Positions 1-10,030 of a stretch of DNA of 64,000 nt are shown one piece after another. This DNA is from Bacilli bacterium. Lineage in GTDB: Bacteria; Bacillota_I; Bacilli_A; RFN20; CAG-826. The number at the start of each line of letters is the position of its first letter. Position 1 is the first letter of the stretch. The notes under the pieces were generated by a model. That model did not search any database and was not told the origin of the DNA. It saw only the letters and a list, made by a program, of their open reading frames with translations. The DNA is taken from contig JAVBTH010000001.1 in the NCBI GenBank assembly GCA_031556235.1, forward strand, positions 140,982-204,981. Reading direction: 5' to 3'. The position numbers were made by a program, and so were the translations under genes.

Positions 1-200
1 ATTATATTTTTGCAATGTACCTCAACACTGCTAAATACCGTAATAAGTGCCACTTGTCAGATTTGAACTGACACATCTAGTTAATCAACAGAGTAGTATT
101 ATGAAGTTGCAACCATCCATTGCCATAAACACTTCATTTATTCATGGTTTGTAACCTTAACTAGCGACTTCCGTTTATCTAAAGTGGCATTGAATAAAAT

Positions 201-232
201 AAAAAGGGGCTAAAATTAATTAGTCCCTTTTG
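201..232. terminator. Bidirectional intrinsic terminator: stem ggggctaa/ttagtccc (8 bp, one G-U) flanked by an A-run and a T-run
   Basis: Hairpin read directly in the sequence, immediately downstream of the stop of the small minus-strand ORF at 245. Confidence 0.5.
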
Positions 233-244
233 ACTTTTAACACC

Positions 245-423
245 TAGCCAGTTATAGATGTTTTGATTTTTACTTTTCGTTCTATTTCAATGACAACATA
301 ATTGTCTTTTTCTTTTTTTATCTCAACTACATTTCCTTTTTTAAGAATTTCATTTACTGCAAACTCTAGTGCTTTATTAAGTGAATTATTAGAATAGTCA
401 TTACTATTCAACTTTGATTCCAT
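245..423 (-). CDS. Hypothetical 59-aa protein (MESKLNSNDYSNNSLNKALEFAVNEILKKGNVVEIKKEKDNYVVIEIERKVKIKTSITG), last gene of a 4-gene coupled operon
   Basis: Hand-translated ORF just below the 60-aa cutoff of the ORF track; GGGGTGA SD 10 nt upstream; its start lies 5 nt after the stop of the upstream gene. Confidence 0.45.
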
Positions 424-428
424 TTGTT

Positions 429-638
429 TTAATCACCCCTAGTCTCTAAACGAAATTCAATTTCGTAAATCAGATTACTTAAAGTTTCTGCACTTATTAC
501 AATTTCACCATTGAAATGTAAATCATAACATTTTGGTCTTGTAGTTCCGTAGTAACAAGTATTGATCCATGCATCATCACCATATAATTTTTTAGCTAAA
601 CGCAAAGCCTTTTTTTCGATATTACTTATTTCACCCAT
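429..638 (-). CDS. Hypothetical 69-aa protein (start trimmed to the internal Met MGEISN...)
   Basis: ORF 429..686; the internal ATG is preceded by AAAGGAGAA and sits 4 nt after the stop of the 643..870 gene. Confidence 0.55.
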   Translation of the reverse strand: MGEISNIEKKALRLAKKLYGDDAWINTCYYGTTRPKCYDLHFNGEIVISAETLSNLIYEIEFRLETRGD

Positions 639-642
639 AATG

Positions 643-870
643 CTATTCTCCTTTAAATGTACGAATACGAGCATTTTTATCTGCAATTTGATTAAATTTA
701 TTTAAAGCTTCTTCATATGTTTTTGCAAATAATTCTACTATTCCAAAATCAATACTTTCTTTGTCTAAACAAATAATCTTTGTAACTACTAAATAAGAAG
801 TTTTATCATCAATAATTGCCACATCTAATAATAACGAACAATTTAATACATCTCTATTTCCGTTTTTCAT
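643..870 (-). CDS. Hypothetical 75-aa protein
   Basis: ORF track; start 2 nt after the stop of the 873..1682 gene (translational coupling). Confidence 0.55.
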   Translation of the reverse strand: MKNGNRDVLNCSLLLDVAIIDDKTSYLVVTKIICLDKESIDFGIVELFAKTYEEALNKFNQIADKNARIRTFKGE

Positions 871-872
871 GA

Positions 873-1682
873 TTAGATTCCTATATATTTCAGAAAAATT
901 GTGTATTCTTCATTTGTTAATAAAGTCTTACAATATCTTTCTATTTCTTTCATTGTTTGTCCTAATAAAATACCATAAGAGAGTAAATTATCAGAATTTA
1001 ATGTATCAATATATTCACATGATTTAAAACTTTTATCATAATTTTCTTTACTAATTATTTTTTTAAGACATTCTAAGTTACTTGTAATTTGCTCAATCCT
1101 AAGTTTCAAATTTTTAAAAACTCTAAATTTTTCAAACATAAACAAATAAGCATCTTTTTCTTTTACATCAAACTCTTTGATAACAATAAAATTATCTCTT
1201 GAAATTTGCTTCGCACCTACACTTTCATCCAAGTGTGAATAAAACATTTTCCCATCAATAATTCCAAAATCTATGGCATCACTGCACCAAGAACCTTTAT
1301 CATGCCACTTAGTATGCTTAACTAAAGAAAATCTTACATTGTCAAGTAACTGATCTTCAAAACAATAATTTCCTAATAAATCTTTTATAGATAATGAAAC
1401 TCTTTTATATTTTTTTCCTTGCTCTCTATTTAAGTGCTTACTAGCAAAAATGTTGTGAAAATGAGTTTCTAGTAATTCTTCATATGTAAGAGTTTTGCTA
1501 TAACAATAAAATTCATAATAATTTTTATATTTTCTTGATTCACTAATAAAGCTATCACTAATGGTTACAGCGTAATCTGTAATGTTAGAAAGCAAGAAAG
1601 TATAAAAGGTTTGTCCTAAATATTCATTTTCTTTCTTTTCAACCAAATGCTTTTTGTGAATATAAATTGTAATCTCTGCCAT
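873..1682 (-). CDS. Hypothetical 269-aa protein, first gene of a 4-gene operon; no recognisable motif
   Basis: ORF track; perfect AGGAGGT SD upstream of the ATG. Confidence 0.65.
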   Translation of the reverse strand: MAEITIYIHKKHLVEKKENEYLGQTFYTFLLSNITDYAVTISDSFISESRKYKNYYEFYCYSKTLTYEELLETHFHNIFASKHLNREQGKKYKRVSLSIKDLLGNYCFEDQLLDNVRFSLVKHTKWHDKGSWCSDAIDFGIIDGKMFYSHLDESVGAKQISRDNFIVIKEFDVKEKDAYLFMFEKFRVFKNLKLRIEQITSNLECLKKIISKENYDKSFKSCEYIDTLNSDNLLSYGILLGQTMKEIERYCKTLLTNEEYTIFLKYIGI

Positions 1683-1998
1683 TTTACTTTACCTCCTAAA
1701 ATAAAAACGACCCACATTTCTGCGAGTCGCTTGTTTATTCACTATTTTTTCTAGTGTGCAATAATCAACTCGCACACTAATCATATATTAACAATATCGT
1801 AGCGTAAGAGATAATTTTCCATGAAACCGCTTTTATTTTTCTATAAATATCTGTTCAATATTTCTTGGCATTTAATAAACTTTTTAGCGTTTACTGGAAT
1901 CGTATTATTAGTCAGTGCTAATTTGGAAAGAGAATCTTGCAAAATTGACTTTTACCCATTATTACATTATAATCTTTTCATAGTTTTGGAGGTAATTT

Positions 1999-2976
1999 AT
2001 GGAAAGAATATTGAGTGGCATTAAACCAACTGGTCAACTGACACTAGGCAATTATATTGGTGCATTAAAGAATTTTAAAGACTTTCAAAATCAAGGCGAA
2101 ACATTTATTTTTATCGCTGATTTACATTCACTAACTTTACCAATTGAGCCCGCTACACTTCGCACTAATTCGCGCGATTTAGCGGCGTTTTACCTTGCTT
2201 CCGGCTTGGATCCTGAAAAATGTACAATATTCTTACAAAGTCACGTATCTGCTCATTCGGAGTTAAATACAATATTACAGAACTACTTATATATGGGTGA
2301 ATTATCCCGCATGACTCAGTTCAAAGAGAAATCCGCAACATTAAATAACGACGCTATTGGATTAGGATTATTCGCGTATCCAGTTTTAATGGCTGCAGAT
2401 ATTTTACTTTACGATGCAACTATTGTGCCAGTGGGCGAAGATCAGACTCAACACGTTGAAATCACTCGTGACTTAGTCAAAAGATTTAATCATCGTTATG
2501 GCGATGTTCTCATCATGCCAAAGGCTGTTATAACTAAAGTTGGGGCACGTATTATGTCATTAAGCGACCCAAATAAAAAAATGTCTAAATCAGACCCTAA
2601 AGGTGATATATTTTTAAAAGATGATGAGACCACGATTAGAAAAAAAATCATGGCGGCCGTTACAGATTCTGAAGCTTGCGTTAAATATGATGTAACAAAT
2701 AAACCAGGAATCTCAAACCTACTAACCATTTATGCTTCACTAAAAGGTATCACACCACAAGAGGCTGAAAAATTATTTAAAGACGCTAGATATGGTGATT
2801 TTAAAAAAGCTGTCGCGGACACTGTCGTAGAAGAATTAATGCCATTCAAAGCTCGCTATGAAGCTCTTATTAATTCTGGCGAGGTTGATGCGGTTTTACA
2901 AAACGGCGCCATTAAAGCAAGAAAGATCGCTGATAAAGTATTAACTCGCGTAAAAAATGTTGTGGGTCTTCTTTAG
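1999..2976 (+). CDS. trpS: Tryptophanyl-tRNA synthetase (class I aaRS; KMSKS present)
   Basis: N-terminal GIKPTGQLTLGNYIG and a KMSKS motif; GGAGG SD. Confidence 0.9.
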   Translation: MERILSGIKPTGQLTLGNYIGALKNFKDFQNQGETFIFIADLHSLTLPIEPATLRTNSRDLAAFYLASGLDPEKCTIFLQSHVSAHSELNTILQNYLYMGELSRMTQFKEKSATLNNDAIGLGLFAYPVLMAADILLYDATIVPVGEDQTQHVEITRDLVKRFNHRYGDVLIMPKAVITKVGARIMSLSDPNKKMSKSDPKGDIFLKDDETTIRKKIMAAVTDSEACVKYDVTNKPGISNLLTIYASLKGITPQEAEKLFKDARYGDFKKAVADTVVEELMPFKARYEALINSGEVDAVLQNGAIKARKIADKVLTRVKNVVGLL

Positions 2977-3025
2977 TTTTTAAAAGATACACAGAATTTT
3001 TGCTACGCATTGAAAGGATTTACAC

Positions 3026-3835
3026 ATGAAACGTTATTTGATTGCCTTAGACATGGACGGAACATTATTAAACGACAAAGGAGAAATCTCCGACACAACT
3101 GCCGAGTATTTAAAACATTTAAATGAACTTGGTCATATCGTTGTCATCGCGTCTGGGCGACCAATTCGCTCAATTATTAAATACTATCACCAGTTAGGAT
3201 TAACAAGTCCAGTGATTTGCTATAATGGAGCTTCTATTCTCTCACCAAATGATAAAACTTTTGTGGAAAGGAATTTCTCTTTCCCAAACAAAGTCATTAA
3301 AGAGATTTATAATGATGTGGGTTCTAATCATATTGATAACGTCATGTGTGAAACAAACAAAGATATTTGGTTAATCCGCGAAGATGAAACGTTAAAGGAT
3401 TTCTTTTGGCACGATGGAATGAACGTCATCTATGGTGAGTTAGAAAAAATACTACATGAAAATCCCATGACGATGATAATAAAAAGCCATAGTACCGAGA
3501 GTGACCATTTAGTGGTTAAAGCCGTTAGTAGACATCCCGGAATTAAGGTAAGATTTTGGAATGGCATGTATGAATTATTTTCAGAAATCTATTATGAGCA
3601 CATTTCAAAAGCGGAAGGATTAAAATATATCGCTGATTTTTATAACATACCACACGATCAGACGATTGCATTTGGGGATGCCTGTAACGACATCGAAATG
3701 CTTCAGTTCGCCGGCATCGGGGTCGCAATGATTAACGGTGACGACACGATAAAAAAATACGCAAAAAGGATTACGCGTTTAGATAATAATCACGATGGAA
3801 TCATCGATGTATTAAAAGATATTATTCAAGAATAG
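3026..3835 (+). CDS. Cof-type HAD-IIB phosphatase
   Basis: LIALDMDGTLLND motif at the N-terminus and typical Cof C-terminal motifs (GDxxND). Confidence 0.85.
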   Translation: MKRYLIALDMDGTLLNDKGEISDTTAEYLKHLNELGHIVVIASGRPIRSIIKYYHQLGLTSPVICYNGASILSPNDKTFVERNFSFPNKVIKEIYNDVGSNHIDNVMCETNKDIWLIREDETLKDFFWHDGMNVIYGELEKILHENPMTMIIKSHSTESDHLVVKAVSRHPGIKVRFWNGMYELFSEIYYEHISKAEGLKYIADFYNIPHDQTIAFGDACNDIEMLQFAGIGVAMINGDDTIKKYAKRITRLDNNHDGIIDVLKDIIQE

Positions 3836-3902
3836 AGACTTAATGTCTCTTTTTTTGTATGAAAAACGAGTAGATTGGCATATATTTTCTTGAGGTATAT
3901 AT

Positions 3903-4508
3903 ATGAACTTTGAAAACAGTGTAACCAAAAACAACTTACTAAAAGCATTCGCAGGAGAATCACAAGCAGCGGAGCGTTACAAATTATTTGCCGAAGTCGC
4001 AAGAAATGAGCGTCTAGAATTTGTCGCGCAAGTATTTGAAATAACCGCAGGAAATGAAAGAGCGCATGGAAAAGAATTTTTCGAAAAACTACCTGGTGGA
4101 TACGACACAATTAATGCTACTTATCCTTCTGGAAAAATTGGTACAACTTTAGAAAACCTACGTTCTTGTATGGAAAATGAATATAAAGAATGCACCGAAA
4201 CGTATCCAGAATTTGCAAAAACTGCTGAACAAGAGGGTTTTCCAAATATTGCGATCAAATTTAGAGAAATTGCAGAAATTGAACGCTTTCATTTTAATCG
4301 CTATAGTATAATTTATAATCTGCTTCAAACTAATCGTTTATATCAAGGTCGAGATAATCGGATTTATGAATGTCTAAATTGCGGCAATCACCAAATTGGT
4401 CCAAATGTTCCTGCCAAATGTCCGGTATGTGGCAAACCATTTGGATGGTATGAACTATATGGCATAAACGAGCTTGCTGTTACAGGTAATGATCAAAATA
4501 AATCATAA
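3903..4508 (+). CDS. rbr: Rubrerythrin (ferritin-like diiron domain plus C-terminal rubredoxin-like CxxC...CxxC)
   Basis: ExxH pairs in the ferritin-like domain; CLNCG...CPVCG at the C-terminus. Confidence 0.85.
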   Translation: MNFENSVTKNNLLKAFAGESQAAERYKLFAEVARNERLEFVAQVFEITAGNERAHGKEFFEKLPGGYDTINATYPSGKIGTTLENLRSCMENEYKECTETYPEFAKTAEQEGFPNIAIKFREIAEIERFHFNRYSIIYNLLQTNRLYQGRDNRIYECLNCGNHQIGPNVPAKCPVCGKPFGWYELYGINELAVTGNDQNKS

Positions 4509-4524
4509 AAAAAGCGTAATTTAA

Positions 4525-6234
4525 TTACGCTTCAATCTTTAATTGTTTAAGTAGATTCTCGTGAAGTATTTTAGGAAGTTTTTTAACTTCCTCTTTTGAT
4601 TTACCCACCGCTCCATAATAGAATTTACATTTTGGTTCAGTGCCACTTGGGCGAACTGTAACCGTCGAATTATTATCTAAGAAGATTTTTACAACATCGG
4701 AAATTGGTAAGTCAATTTTTGTAATATTTCCTTGACTATCAATCGCTTTTTGAAGTTGATAATCTTCTACTCTTATAACTTTATATCCGGCAATTTCCTT
4801 TAAAGGATTTGCATGTAAGCCTTCCATCAGCTCTTGCATCTCCGTTAATCCTTGTTGGCCTTTAAACGCGATTGAATATTGAGTATCGTTATGATAGCCA
4901 AATTTCTTTTGCAAATCCTCCATAACTTCATCAAGGCATTTACCGCGCAGATGATGGTACAATCCCATTTCTGCGAGTAATAATAGTGCTTGCAAGCCAT
5001 CTTTATCGCGGGCAAATGGTGCGACAAGACATCCATATGATTCTTCATAGCCGAACTCAAAGTGCGGACCATTATTTTTTTCATACAGTTCAATCTTATC
5101 TCCGATGAATTTGAATCCTGTTAACAGCGACTCAACTTTCACTCCATAACTTAGAGCAATTTCACTGCCAAGTGTAGAAGTCACAATTGTATTAAATAAG
5201 ACACCATTTTTTGATAATTTGCCTTGTTTCTTTCTTTCACCTAAAATGTAATCAATAAGTAAAGCACCTGATTGATTTCCTGTTAAAAGTTCATATTCAC
5301 CAGTCGAAGAGAGATACGCAACACCAACGCGATCAGCATCAGGGTCCGTCATGACGACTAGATGTGCACGTTGCTCTTTTGCAATTTTAAGTGGCTCAAT
5401 ATATGCTTTTTCTTCCTCTGGATTTGGCGATAAGGTACCTTTAAAATCTGGGTCTGGATCACATTGCGATAATACAGGAATAATTCCACTATATCCCGCG
5501 ATTTTAAACATCTTCATTGCGTTTACATAGCTTGTCCCATGTTGAGGAGTGAAAACAATTTTATAATCCTTCTTATCTAAGTCGGGATTAAGCCTAATAG
5601 AAAGCACTTTTTCAATATATTCATCATCGTATTCAGATGTAAGTATACTAGTCGTGCCTTTTTTTCCGTTTGGAGCATCTTCGATTTCTAATTCATTAGG
5701 TAACGAAGCAAGTATCTCCAATAAACGATCAATGCGATAAGGAACTAATTGACAACCGTTTTCATCATAAACTTTGTAGCCATTGTATTCTTTAGGATTA
5801 TGGCTTGCAGTAATCATAATACCTCCAACGGCTTTCGCTTTGCGCACCGCAAAAGAAAGTTCAGGTGTTGGTCTTAAAGCATCAAAAATATATACATTTA
5901 TGCCATATTCGTTAAGCTTTTCAGCTGTATTTAAAGTAAATTCCCGCGACATATGACGATTGTCATGCGAAATAACTACGCCTCTTGTTTTAGCGTCTTG
6001 AAATTTTTCGAGCAAGTATAATGCGAACGCCACAGTCGCTTTATTAACAGTAAAGTTATTCATGCGATTGCACCCTGGACCAAGTATTCCACGCATACCT
6101 GCCGTACCAAATTCAACATCCTTGAAAAAAGCATCATCAATTTCAGCTTGATTCATGTTTTTTAATATATCTTTAACCTCTTTACTTACTCTTGGTGAAT
6201 TCAACCAGCGATTGTAGTTTTCTAAAGCACTCAT
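4525..6234 (-). CDS. Phosphoglucomutase/phosphomannomutase family protein
   Basis: GIMITASHNP active-site serine loop and alpha-D-phosphohexomutase architecture. Confidence 0.85.
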   Translation of the reverse strand: MSALENYNRWLNSPRVSKEVKDILKNMNQAEIDDAFFKDVEFGTAGMRGILGPGCNRMNNFTVNKATVAFALYLLEKFQDAKTRGVVISHDNRHMSREFTLNTAEKLNEYGINVYIFDALRPTPELSFAVRKAKAVGGIMITASHNPKEYNGYKVYDENGCQLVPYRIDRLLEILASLPNELEIEDAPNGKKGTTSILTSEYDDEYIEKVLSIRLNPDLDKKDYKIVFTPQHGTSYVNAMKMFKIAGYSGIIPVLSQCDPDPDFKGTLSPNPEEEKAYIEPLKIAKEQRAHLVVMTDPDADRVGVAYLSSTGEYELLTGNQSGALLIDYILGERKKQGKLSKNGVLFNTIVTSTLGSEIALSYGVKVESLLTGFKFIGDKIELYEKNNGPHFEFGYEESYGCLVAPFARDKDGLQALLLLAEMGLYHHLRGKCLDEVMEDLQKKFGYHNDTQYSIAFKGQQGLTEMQELMEGLHANPLKEIAGYKVIRVEDYQLQKAIDSQGNITKIDLPISDVVKIFLDNNSTVTVRPSGTEPKCKFYYGAVGKSKEEVKKLPKILHENLLKQLKIEA

Positions 6235-6924
6235 TCATTTGTTCTCCTTTGCCGTAATTAATTCGACTAAACTATGATACCGCGTCAAAACCGCCTCGTA
6301 TCCCAAGTATTTCAACCACGCGAATACATACTGATTCTTTTCAAATTCGAGAGCGAATTCCGTAATATTGCTATCATTTGTCATATATTCAAAAAATACT
6401 TTAGGATAAACATATGGTCTTCCTTTATATATTATAACTTTTACACCACTTAATTGAAATCCCAAAGTGAAATAAGCAAAATTACTATTTGATTGATACT
6501 CGTTTTCTATTTCAAGAATTCTCTTATATAGCACCTTATTCGTCTTATTTTTGCCTTGCAACTCCATATGCCATGATAGCAATCGAAACTTTAATATGTC
6601 TTCTAGATATGCATCAATTTGAGGCGCAAAATGAAGAATTCTTTCACCTAATTCTTTAAAGTTTTCAAACTTATATCCTGCATATCTAAATGTCATGTAT
6701 GGGCAAAAAATATAACTTGCTTTAAAAACAAATAAATAATCATCCTCAACATCCATAATACTTTGTAATTTGGCAAACAAAAATGGCTCATGCACACTAA
6801 GATCCAGTAAAAAATCTTCACGCATGATAAAACTATATGCTTGATCAACATATAAATACATTTTTTGTCCTAACTCAACTAATGAAGTTATATGCTCTTC
6901 GCCAAAGTATAAATCCAGTTCCAT
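6235..6924 (-). CDS. Hypothetical cytoplasmic protein (229 aa), co-operonic with pgm
   Basis: ORF track; its stop abuts the pgm start. Confidence 0.6.
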   Translation of the reverse strand: MELDLYFGEEHITSLVELGQKMYLYVDQAYSFIMREDFLLDLSVHEPFLFAKLQSIMDVEDDYLFVFKASYIFCPYMTFRYAGYKFENFKELGERILHFAPQIDAYLEDILKFRLLSWHMELQGKNKTNKVLYKRILEIENEYQSNSNFAYFTLGFQLSGVKVIIYKGRPYVYPKVFFEYMTNDSNITEFALEFEKNQYVFAWLKYLGYEAVLTRYHSLVELITAKENK

Positions 6925-6925
6925 A

Positions 6926-7996
6926 TTATATCATCTCCCCTGTCACTAAACATGCGATGATTAAAACCATTAATAAAATAAATGAAAAAATCAATAGTCC
7001 TATTAATGAGGCTTGGATGTAACTTTTCTTCTTGCTTATTTTAACGTCTGGATCTTCCATATTTAAAAAGATAATAATGCGACGATAATTGCTCAGATAG
7101 TTAAATTTGGATAATGAAATCTTTTTAATCTTTTTGTCTTTTAAACTATCAAGTAGTTGCATCCTTAATTTAAAACTAGCTTCTTCTAACTGTTTCAAGG
7201 CGTGTTTGCCATGGTTTCTTAAATATACATAGCATAGTTTTCGCTCATTTACGCGATATCTTTTTATAAAATTCATAACTAAAAACTGAACTTCATAGAT
7301 AAATAGAATTCCAATAAAAACTAGGTAACAAATGACAGAAACATACGGTTTATTGCTTAGCCTTAAATTTTTAAAAACATAATGCTGACTAAGCAAGGTA
7401 ATTAATAAAAATGCATTTCCGCCGAGTAGCAACATAAATAAACTTCGAACACTCCAACTGGTACGATAATTCTTTTTGTGTTTTAAATCGTCCCTTTTCA
7501 CTAAATTATTGATTTCATCTATCACAACTTCTTTAGCGTTTTGCCGCCATAAATTTGTTAAATCCTCAATCGCATGGATTTTCTCTTTAGTTTCAATGCT
7601 AGAAGATTCAATCATTTCTTGGACACTGCATTCTTTGCCTTTGATATATATTGGCAATTGCTCAATTGTATTAATATCGCTCTTCATTTCTTGATTGTTA
7701 TACGTAATCGGATTTATAAAATACTTTGGTGAGCTTATAGTTGCTAAGTGATCAATTGTTGCCTTGGCAATTAAAGCGTCGCGAAACGTGGAAATTGTCG
7801 CAAACTTCATTTCATCATAAGTTGTTAAAAATTCATCAGTATATGGGACTTTGTATTTTTTTGCACGCTCAACGTTAACTAAAAGTGTCTGATATGAACC
7901 ACTTGCTTCAATATTCTGTAAGACGTTTTGAATATTCATCGTAACATCAGCCTCAAATAGCTCCGCGAGGAGTAAAACTTTATCATGCGCTTTCAT
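6926..7996 (-). CDS. Hypothetical membrane protein (356 aa; soluble N-terminal domain and several TM helices)
   Basis: ORF track; hydrophobic segments; 4-nt overlap with the upstream gene. Confidence 0.6.
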   Translation of the reverse strand: MKAHDKVLLLAELFEADVTMNIQNVLQNIEASGSYQTLLVNVERAKKYKVPYTDEFLTTYDEMKFATISTFRDALIAKATIDHLATISSPKYFINPITYNNQEMKSDINTIEQLPIYIKGKECSVQEMIESSSIETKEKIHAIEDLTNLWRQNAKEVVIDEINNLVKRDDLKHKKNYRTSWSVRSLFMLLLGGNAFLLITLLSQHYVFKNLRLSNKPYVSVICYLVFIGILFIYEVQFLVMNFIKRYRVNERKLCYVYLRNHGKHALKQLEEASFKLRMQLLDSLKDKKIKKISLSKFNYLSNYRRIIIFLNMEDPDVKISKKKSYIQASLIGLLIFSFILLMVLIIACLVTGEMI

Positions 7997-8508
7997 AACC
8001 CCACCCCCAGTTTAAATATTGGAGCTAAGAAACCTAAGGGCAATTCCATTAGCTTATTAGAAATAATTAACGCAAAAATCAGAAACATATTGCATCCAAT
8101 GAACAAAACTGATTTCCATAAAAAAGCGTTCCAAAAAATTACTTGTTTTTCTTTTTTAGAACGAAGAATTGGTGGAACATAAGAAAATAAATTAGCGTAA
8201 ATGGCGTATAACATGAAATAGAAAGCCACAGTCTCTACGATGATTAACAATCCTGCGATAAATGTCGCATATCCTACTTGGTCGGTTGTTTCTATTGGAA
8301 TGATTTTTAGATTCATTATTAATTCTACAAACCATAATTTTATTCTTGATTTATTAATATACGCATCAAATAAATATACGAGCCATAACAAAATCGCGGG
8401 CGGAAGTAACGCCGTCGCATTCTTTCGAGCTTGAAAACCATTAACAAAAATGAGCCATATTATTAATAAGGCGTTTAACAATAAGAATAAAATTGTTAAA
8501 TCAAGCAT
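7993..8508 (-). CDS. Hypothetical polytopic membrane protein (171 aa)
   Basis: ORF track; strongly hydrophobic. Confidence 0.55.
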   Translation of the reverse strand: MLDLTILFLLLNALLIIWLIFVNGFQARKNATALLPPAILLWLVYLFDAYINKSRIKLWFVELIMNLKIIPIETTDQVGYATFIAGLLIIVETVAFYFMLYAIYANLFSYVPPILRSKKEKQVIFWNAFLWKSVLFIGCNMFLIFALIISNKLMELPLGFLAPIFKLGVGL

Positions 8509-8516
8509 TCAGTTTC

Positions 8517-9485
8517 CTACTTTCTTAAGGCACTTAATATCTCTTGTTCTTTTTTACCTAGTTTAGCCGTAAATGTTTTTCCACTTAAATAACTAAGTGG
8601 ACCATTGATAGTCTTAAAAACTATTCTATCTGCATGTAAGAATTGTGTTTCATATTTAAAATTGACTTTAAAAAACTTATTTGTGTTAAAATCGCCGTAT
8701 TTACCATCTCCAACGACAGGATGATTAATTGCAAGCATATGTGCACGAATCTGATGTGTGCGTCCAGTAATAATCTGTACATCGAGTAACGTAAATCCTT
8801 GGAGTTGCTCTTTAGCGGAAAAAAGTGTCAACGCTTCTTGACCGTCGCGTTCATTATGAGCTACAGTAACTAATCCAGATTCAGCATCTTTTTTTAAGGG
8901 AAAATCAATTTTACCTTCGCCTTTAAGAATTCCGGCAACTAAGGTTAAATAGTGCTTTTCAATTTGATTCTTATTCTTAAAAAGTTGCAGCAATTGTTGT
9001 AACGCTTGGATATTCTTGCCGAACACCACAATTCCAGATGTATTACGATCTAATCTATGGGCTGGAGCGGGAGTAAATCCTACATCGCGTTTTGGATCAT
9101 AAACTCCGGTCGAAAATAGATAATTTAAAACCTGATTTGTCAGGGTTAAACGCTTTTCTTTTTCATCGCCATGAACTAATAAGCCTTTTGGTTTATTAAT
9201 TAAAAGAATATTATCATCTTCATAAATTATTTCATGTGTAAGTTTAACATCCTTAACTGGTCGTGGATTATTAAACTCTTCTAGTTGAGCATCAGTAATA
9301 TACACTCTTAAAACATCATCTGTTTGTAAAATATAATCAATAGTAACCCAACGTCCGTTTATTTTTACATCTTTTTTACGGAATAATTTATAAATAAAAC
9401 TTAGAGGCGCATCGTTGAGCATCTTTCGGACGTATTTATCCACACGTTGATTACATGCTTCTTTGCTAATTTGAATCTCTTTCAT
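8517..9485 (-). CDS. rluD: RluA-family (RluD/RluC-like) 23S rRNA pseudouridine synthase with N-terminal S4 domain
   Basis: HRLDRNTSG catalytic-Asp motif and an S4-like N-terminus. Confidence 0.85.
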   Translation of the reverse strand: MKEIQISKEACNQRVDKYVRKMLNDAPLSFIYKLFRKKDVKINGRWVTIDYILQTDDVLRVYITDAQLEEFNNPRPVKDVKLTHEIIYEDDNILLINKPKGLLVHGDEKEKRLTLTNQVLNYLFSTGVYDPKRDVGFTPAPAHRLDRNTSGIVVFGKNIQALQQLLQLFKNKNQIEKHYLTLVAGILKGEGKIDFPLKKDAESGLVTVAHNERDGQEALTLFSAKEQLQGFTLLDVQIITGRTHQIRAHMLAINHPVVGDGKYGDFNTNKFFKVNFKYETQFLHADRIVFKTINGPLSYLSGKTFTAKLGKKEQEILSALRK

Positions 9486-9570
9486 ACTTTACCTCACTAT
9501 TTTAATATCATAGATATTATGACTTAAAATGCGCCCAATTGCAAAAACATAATGACATAAATAGTATTTC

Positions 9571-9579
9571 TTGATATAA
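9571..9579 (+). promoter_or_regulatory. Extended -10 element (TGaTATAAT) about 11 nt upstream of tRNA-Ser
   Basis: Sequence motif only. Confidence 0.3.
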
Positions 9580-9590
9580 TAACTTTCGTT

Positions 9591-9681
9591 GGAGAAATAC
9601 CCAAGTGGCTGAAGGGGCTGGCTTGGAAAGCTAGTAGGCCTGTAACAGGGCGCGGGGGTTCAAATCCCCCTTTCTCCGCCA
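9591..9681 (+). tRNA. tRNA-Ser (anticodon GGA), type II with long variable arm and encoded CCA
   Basis: Hand-folded cloverleaf: acceptor GGAGAAA/TTTCTCC, anticodon loop TTGGAAA, T-arm GGGGGTTCAAATCCCCC. Confidence 0.9.
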
Positions 9682-9753
9682 TATTGCGCTCCATACGAAC
9701 CCCAAAGTAAGGTATATTTTAAAACTTCAGGTATCATTGGCATATATTTAAAA

Positions 9754-9783
9754 AGAGAATCAATGCATTGATTCTCTTTTTTG
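9754..9783 (+). terminator. Intrinsic terminator after tRNA-Ser (agagaatcaatg/cattgattctct followed by T6)
   Basis: Perfect 12-bp stem and T-run. Confidence 0.7.
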
Positions 9784-10030
9784 CTTTATAGTGCGATTTT
9801 TTTGTTGGGGAATCGCTTAATAATCGAACATAAGCGAAATATTAACAGTTTAACGATTACTCTGAAGTTAAGATTTTACCAATACTTAAGAGATTAAAAG
9901 AAATATCTCAAGAAGAATAATTAAATATTAAAACATCAGACTAATTAAACCCCTAGATAAAATCATTGATTATTGTATAATATATACAATTATTATTTTG
10001 TTTTGTAATAATTTAGAAGGAGAAAATAAT

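Noticed and set aside
1683-1998. A 315-nt leader upstream of trpS, the usual location for a tryptophan T-box riboswitch
   Set aside because: Stem-loops are present, but I could not find the conserved T-box sequence (AAUUAGGGUGGUACCGCG-like) or an AGAGA specifier-loop context, so no T-box is called. An Infernal run with RF00230 would settle it.
1821-2024. 67-aa ORF overlapping the trpS start
   Set aside because: It lies in the leader, is hydrophobic and low-complexity, lacks an SD, and overlaps the real trpS start. It is more likely a non-coding leader.
2496-2729. Antisense ORFs nested inside well-supported genes (for example 2496..2729, 3543..3728, 3826..4110, 4845..5093, 16434..16700, 27170..27508, 30197..30772, 35324..35659, 42474..42764, 52506..53045, 57613..58128)
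   Set aside because: These are shadow ORFs on the opposite strand of genes with clear homology or strong SDs. Their composition is typical of AT-rich antisense frames.
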